Shown: positions 60,137 to 64,000 of the stretch, one piece after another | How positions within the stretch are numbered: position 1 is the first letter of the stretch | Layout: each line of letters starts with the position of its first letter | Assembly: GCA_963667725.2 (NCBI GenBank) | Contig: CAXXHO010000003.1 | Location: forward strand, 1,184,001-1,248,000 | Length of the DNA stretch: 64,000 nucleotides | Source of the DNA: Treponemataceae bacterium | Lineage (GTDB): Bacteria > Spirochaetota > Spirochaetia > Treponematales > Rectinemataceae | Reading direction: 5' to 3' | The notes under the pieces: model-generated | What the model was told of the DNA's origin: nothing | The model's database searches: none | What the model saw: only the letters and a program-made list of their open reading frames with translations | Made by a program: the position numbers and the translations under genes

Positions 60137-61471
60137 CTAGAAATCCTCGAGCGCCAGTTTTTCCTTTATTTTCGCGAAGAGATGGAGCGCCAGCGCGTTT
60201 TCCGGCTCTATTCTGAGCGCTACTTCGCAGTCGGCGTGGGCTGTGGCCGTGTCGCCCATCTTGAAATAGCAGAGGGCCCTTCTATACCGCGAGAAGAAGT
60301 GATAAGGATGGATCTGCAGCGCCGCCGAGAAATCTTCCGCGGCGCCGAGAAAATCCTCGAGGACGCTTTTCACGACGCCGCGGTAGTAGAGCGCCTTGTA
60401 GCATTCGGGATCCAAGGTAAGGCAGGAGCTGAAATCTTGGAGGGCTTCGTGATACCTGGACTGGGCGAAATAGGCCATGCCTCGGTGTTTGTAGACAACG
60501 GAGGCTATCTCCCTGTCCGGCTTCTCGGCGACGATGGTGCTGTAGATGCGCACCGCCCTGTCGAAGTCGGCCTTGTTGTGCGCCTCGAGGGCCGCGAGAA
60601 GCAGGCCGTCCATCCCGAAGTTCCCATAGCCATCCATATCGTGCTTGCCGGTTAATCCGCTGTCGGGTCCGTTGGGGAGTTGATCTCTGGGCAGCGCATC
60701 CCCGAGCACCCCGGGCAGCGTTCCGGAATCAGCCTCGCCGTCCGGCCCGCCCTCCGCTTCGGATTCGGGCGTATCGGCCACTTCCTCGATTTTTCGGTAG
60801 AATACCTCTCTTCTATGTCCCAGCTCGGCGTTGAGCCGTTTCTCGAACTCTAGAATTTCCTGGAAAATTATGTCCGAGAGGGTGAGATTGGCGTTGAGCG
60901 CCGCCAGTTTTCTCCTCATGGGTTCGTCGAAAGGGGTGAACTCGGCCTTGTAGACCAGCTCGTGCTCCACCTCCGCCCAAGCTTCCTGAAGTATGGTACG
61001 CAGCTGGATTTCGATGACATGACGCTCGATATGGGGGCAGAACGACATGATCTCCTCCGGAATCCGCACGAGGAGATGGATGGATTCGTAGCCGAACTCG
61101 CGGAAGGATCGCTCCGCTCCCTTTCGCTCTATTTCCTCGACGGAAAAACGCTCCGAAAGTATCTTTTCCGCCTTGGCCAGGTCGCCGAGAAAAGGACAGA
61201 TGACGCGGATGGCGATGACGTCGTTCACGGGCAGGGTGCCTGCCTTTTCCGTCCAGGCTTTCTTGAGCAGCCTCAGCTTCTTGGCGTAATAGGAATCGAA
61301 TTCCTTTACCCGCCCTTTCAGCGTCGGTTTCAGGCCGTTATTGGAGAGCACCGACTCGACCATCGAAAGAAAGCTCGAGAGGGCTTCCTCGTAGCGAGGT
61401 TTGGAATCGGCGTACTGCGTTGAGAGTTTAGCCTTGTCGGGAATGACGAGCACTGACTGTTCCATAGGCAT
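60137..61471 (-). CDS. RelA/SpoT-domain small alarmone synthetase with C-terminal TPR repeats
   Basis: GRVK..DS, NDVIAIRV, GYESIH, EIQLRT, WAEVEH; TPR motifs after an acidic linker. Confidence 0.88.
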   Translation of the reverse strand: MPMEQSVLVIPDKAKLSTQYADSKPRYEEALSSFLSMVESVLSNNGLKPTLKGRVKEFDSYYAKKLRLLKKAWTEKAGTLPVNDVIAIRVICPFLGDLAKAEKILSERFSVEEIERKGAERSFREFGYESIHLLVRIPEEIMSFCPHIERHVIEIQLRTILQEAWAEVEHELVYKAEFTPFDEPMRRKLAALNANLTLSDIIFQEILEFEKRLNAELGHRREVFYRKIEEVADTPESEAEGGPDGEADSGTLPGVLGDALPRDQLPNGPDSGLTGKHDMDGYGNFGMDGLLLAALEAHNKADFDRAVRIYSTIVAEKPDREIASVVYKHRGMAYFAQSRYHEALQDFSSCLTLDPECYKALYYRGVVKSVLEDFLGAAEDFSAALQIHPYHFFSRYRRALCYFKMGDTATAHADCEVALRIEPENALALHLFAKIKEKLALEDF

Positions 61472-61534
61472 ATTTGGAATATATCACCGAATCCGCGAAT
61501 AGAGAAACGGAAATTTCAAGTAAGCGATTTCCGA

Positions 61535-61990
61535 TCAGCGGATAGCGAGGTTTCCGTTTACATAGAGTTCGAGGACGCCGGCTCCCGGCACCGATTCCGA
61601 AATGGTTTTTTCAAAAGCCGATTGTATGAGCCTGAAGGAAACGTCGAGACTCGTCGGATCGGGTATCGCCAGTTCCACGATGAGTCGGTTGCCGCGATGC
61701 ATGACGCTGCCCAAGCGGGCGTCCTGCCTGAAAAGAGGCTGAAGCGAATAGCCGATCGGTCCCAGCAGCAGTTCTTCGAGCACCTGCCTGGAACGTTCTT
61801 CCAGGGATCCCACCAGGGAGAGGTTTCTCGTTTCTGCCGCGAGCTTGGTTCTGTGCGCGTCGAGGAAATAAAGGCGCGCGCGTCGCGCGGCGGGATTGAG
61901 TCCGTTGAGGATGAGGGCGAGTATTACGATGGCGGGAATGACGAAAATCCAGCCGCGGGGCCGGCCCGGTCTTGAAGCGTTTTCACTCAA
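61535..61990 (-). CDS. Membrane-anchored GerMN-like protein
   Basis: N-terminal TM helix, LYF...L.AETR, LEELLLGP; directly downstream of the amidase. Start uncertain. Confidence 0.55.
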   Translation of the reverse strand: MSENASRPGRPRGWIFVIPAIVILALILNGLNPAARRARLYFLDAHRTKLAAETRNLSLVGSLEERSRQVLEELLLGPIGYSLQPLFRQDARLGSVMHRGNRLIVELAIPDPTSLDVSFRLIQSAFEKTISESVPGAGVLELYVNGNLAIR

Positions 61991-61995
61991 TGAAT

Positions 61996-63006
61996 TTACC
62001 CTTCGAAATGATCTATGAAATCGACGATGCCATTGTAGATCGCATCTCCGATCTTCCTCAAGTACCCGGAACCGGCGAGAAGGGCCCCTTCGTCGGGATG
62101 GGTTATGAATCCCATCTCGATGAGAATGGACGGCATTTTTGCGTTGCGGACGACAAACCACTCCTCGGCTCTTATGCCTCTACCGGGGCTCTGCTTGCCT
62201 ATCGCCATACCCAGCCTGTCGTAAACCTTTCGCGCGAGGATGATGCTTTCGGTCGTAAACTCCTCTTCGAGCATCGCGTTGAGAATGGGCGCGATTTCCG
62301 TTCCCTTCTCCTTCACCGTGTTCGCGTCGACGACCGTCCTCCTGTACTCGGGATTGAGGTACCAGACCTCGAAGCCCTTCGCGTTCCTGTTGAAAGAAGC
62401 GTTGGCGTGTATCGAGATATAGATTACGGCTTCATCCTTCTTTAGCTCGGCTGAATTCGCCATGGCTACCCTGTCGTCCAGGGTGGGATAGCTGTCCCCT
62501 TCCCTCGTTATGATGATTTTCCTGTCCGGATAGCTGTTTCTGAGGAGTTCCACCACACGTTTCGAGACCTCCAGGGTCAGATCCTTCTCCAGCAGCCTGA
62601 GCTCCCCCACCTCGCCGATCGCCCCCGTATCCTTGCCCCCGTGTCCCGGGTCGACGAGAATGGTGGCCACGGAATATTTTTCCTTCTTTGGGGCGTTCTT
62701 CATCGAAAAATAGTCCGTGACTCCCCTGGTGAATCCGGCGGGAAGCATCAGCTTTTCCCCCGAAAGATAAGGAGCTTCCACCCGCTTGAGATTCTTCCAG
62801 TCCAGGACGATAAAAGGCTGATCGACGACGAAGGACACAAAGCTGCCGTTCTGCTCGATAAAGCCGCTGGAGGTCAGCGGATCGAAGGAAATAGCCGCCT
62901 TTGACTTCTTCCCGAAATCCAGGAGCGTCGTGGCATCCAGGGCATAGGCGCATGATGACAGGAAAATCGCGAATATAAACAGCGAAAGGCGTTTTCCGTT
63001 TATCAT
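61996..63006 (-). CDS. N-acetylmuramoyl-L-alanine amidase (Amidase_3)
   Basis: Signal peptide, VDPGHGGKDTGA, EK, SIHAN, LIEMGF. Confidence 0.93.
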   Translation of the reverse strand: MINGKRLSLFIFAIFLSSCAYALDATTLLDFGKKSKAAISFDPLTSSGFIEQNGSFVSFVVDQPFIVLDWKNLKRVEAPYLSGEKLMLPAGFTRGVTDYFSMKNAPKKEKYSVATILVDPGHGGKDTGAIGEVGELRLLEKDLTLEVSKRVVELLRNSYPDRKIIITREGDSYPTLDDRVAMANSAELKKDEAVIYISIHANASFNRNAKGFEVWYLNPEYRRTVVDANTVKEKGTEIAPILNAMLEEEFTTESIILARKVYDRLGMAIGKQSPGRGIRAEEWFVVRNAKMPSILIEMGFITHPDEGALLAGSGYLRKIGDAIYNGIVDFIDHFEG

Positions 63007-63061
63007 ATGTTCTCCTATCGGAATATTTTCGCCGCGGACTTACTATTTTACGTAAAGCCTA

Positions 63062-63090
63062 TTGCATTCACGCGGAATATTGATTATAAG
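63062..63090 (+). promoter_or_regulatory. Sigma70 promoter of nrdJ
   Basis: TTGCAT-17 bp-TATAAG. Confidence 0.55.
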
Positions 63091-63111
63091 TTGGACAGCG
63101 TATAGAGAACA

Positions 63112-63157
63112 CCACTATATGTTGTAGTGGTGTTTTGGCATGCCGTTACAGATTGTA
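63112..63157 (+). promoter_or_regulatory. Tandem NrdR boxes
   Basis: CCACTATATGTTGTA (63112) and a weaker CCGTTACAGATTGTA (63143), 31 bp apart, upstream of the ribonucleotide reductase. Confidence 0.75.
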
Positions 63158-63223
63158 CAAAAATAAAAAAGTCGGAATTTTCACGTACGATAGCTGTTAT
63201 GTGCTGATATGCGGAGGAATAGG

Positions 63224-64000
63224 ATGAAATTCGAGAGGAAATTTACAAAAAAAGACAACGGTCCATACGAGGGAATCGAATGGGAAAGCAGGACCAGCGA
63301 GATACGAAACCCGAACGGCAAGATCGTGTTCCATATGGACTCCGTCGTCGTTCCCTCTTCCTGGAGCCAGATCGCGACCGATATCCTGGCTCAGAAATAT
63401 TTCAGGAAGGCGGGCGTTTCGGCCGAGACAGCGCGTAAATGGACGCGGTTCGTGCCCGAAGCCCAGACGGCAAACTCCTCGGACAGCCCGGTTCCCGGCT
63501 CCGAACACGACGCGCGCCAGGTTTTCCACCGGCTTGCCTATACCTGGTGCCTTTGGGGAAAGGAAGCCGGGTATTTCGATTCGGACGAGGATGAAAAGGC
63601 TTTCTACGACGAACTCGTCTACATGCTGGCGCACCAGCTGGCCGCCCCGAACAGCCCGCAGTGGTTCAACACGGGGCTCAACGCCGTTTATGGAATCGAG
63701 GGACCGCCCCAGGGCCATTTCTACGTAAATCCCGAAACCAACGAGGTGGTCAAATCGGAATCCGCCTATGCCCGCCCCCAGCCCCACGCCTGTTTCATCC
63801 TGGACATCAAGGATGACCTCGTCAACGAAGGCGGCATAATGGACCTCATCACGAGGGAAGCGAGGCTCTTCAAGTACGGCTCCGGAACGGGTTCCAACTT
63901 CTCCAAGATAAGGGCCGCTCAGGAAAACCTTTCCGGCGGAGGCGTCTCCTCGGGACTCCTTTCCTTCCTCAAGATAGCGGACCGCTCAGCGGCCGCGGTC
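63224..64000 (+). CDS. nrdJ: Class II adenosylcobalamin-dependent ribonucleotide reductase (runs off window end)
   Basis: Not in the ORF track. Translated by hand: WSQIATDILAQKYFRKAG, APNSPQWFNTGL, PQPHACFI, LFKYGSGTGSNFS. Confidence 0.95.
   Translation, partial: MKFERKFTKKDNGPYEGIEWESRTSEIRNPNGKIVFHMDSVVVPSSWSQIATDILAQKYFRKAGVSAETARKWTRFVPEAQTANSSDSPVPGSEHDARQVFHRLAYTWCLWGKEAGYFDSDEDEKAFYDELVYMLAHQLAAPNSPQWFNTGLNAVYGIEGPPQGHFYVNPETNEVVKSESAYARPQPHACFILDIKDDLVNEGGIMDLITREARLFKYGSGTGSNFSKIRAAQENLSGGGVSSGLLSFLKIADRSAAAV

Noticed and set aside
63007..63223. Cobalamin riboswitch before nrdJ
   Set aside because: No GGGAA/GCCACTG B12-box. NrdR boxes explain the conserved-looking sequence.

Overview
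This 64 kb window of GC-rich bacterial chromosome is mostly housekeeping genes. Gene content points to an anaerobic free-living spirochete (Treponematales-like, by inference): homodimeric GlyRS, coaD-rpmF-acpP-rnc order, a TPR-fused RelA/SpoT-domain protein and a BMP-family nucleoside ABC transporter. It carries about 55 CDS, six tRNAs, a TPP riboswitch before thiBPQ, and tandem NrdR boxes before a class II ribonucleotide reductase. I found no integrase, transposase, CRISPR array or phage gene. The most interesting signals are: (1) a ~2 kb accessory block beside tRNA-Glu with a Crp-family regulator and two copies of a non-canonical palindrome (TGTGCG-N4-CG(C/A)ACA), both at class II activator spacing; (2) a tightly coupled MFS-photolyase-glutaredoxin-FTR-cysteine desulfurase-ThiI operon; (3) many sigma70 promoters placed to give leaderless mRNAs; (4) DUF1846 between gltX and glnS; (5) a structured ~200 nt glyQS leader. 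A 495-nt poly-C run at 32210-32704 is almost certainly an assembly artefact. All calls come from reading motifs by eye; no searches were run.
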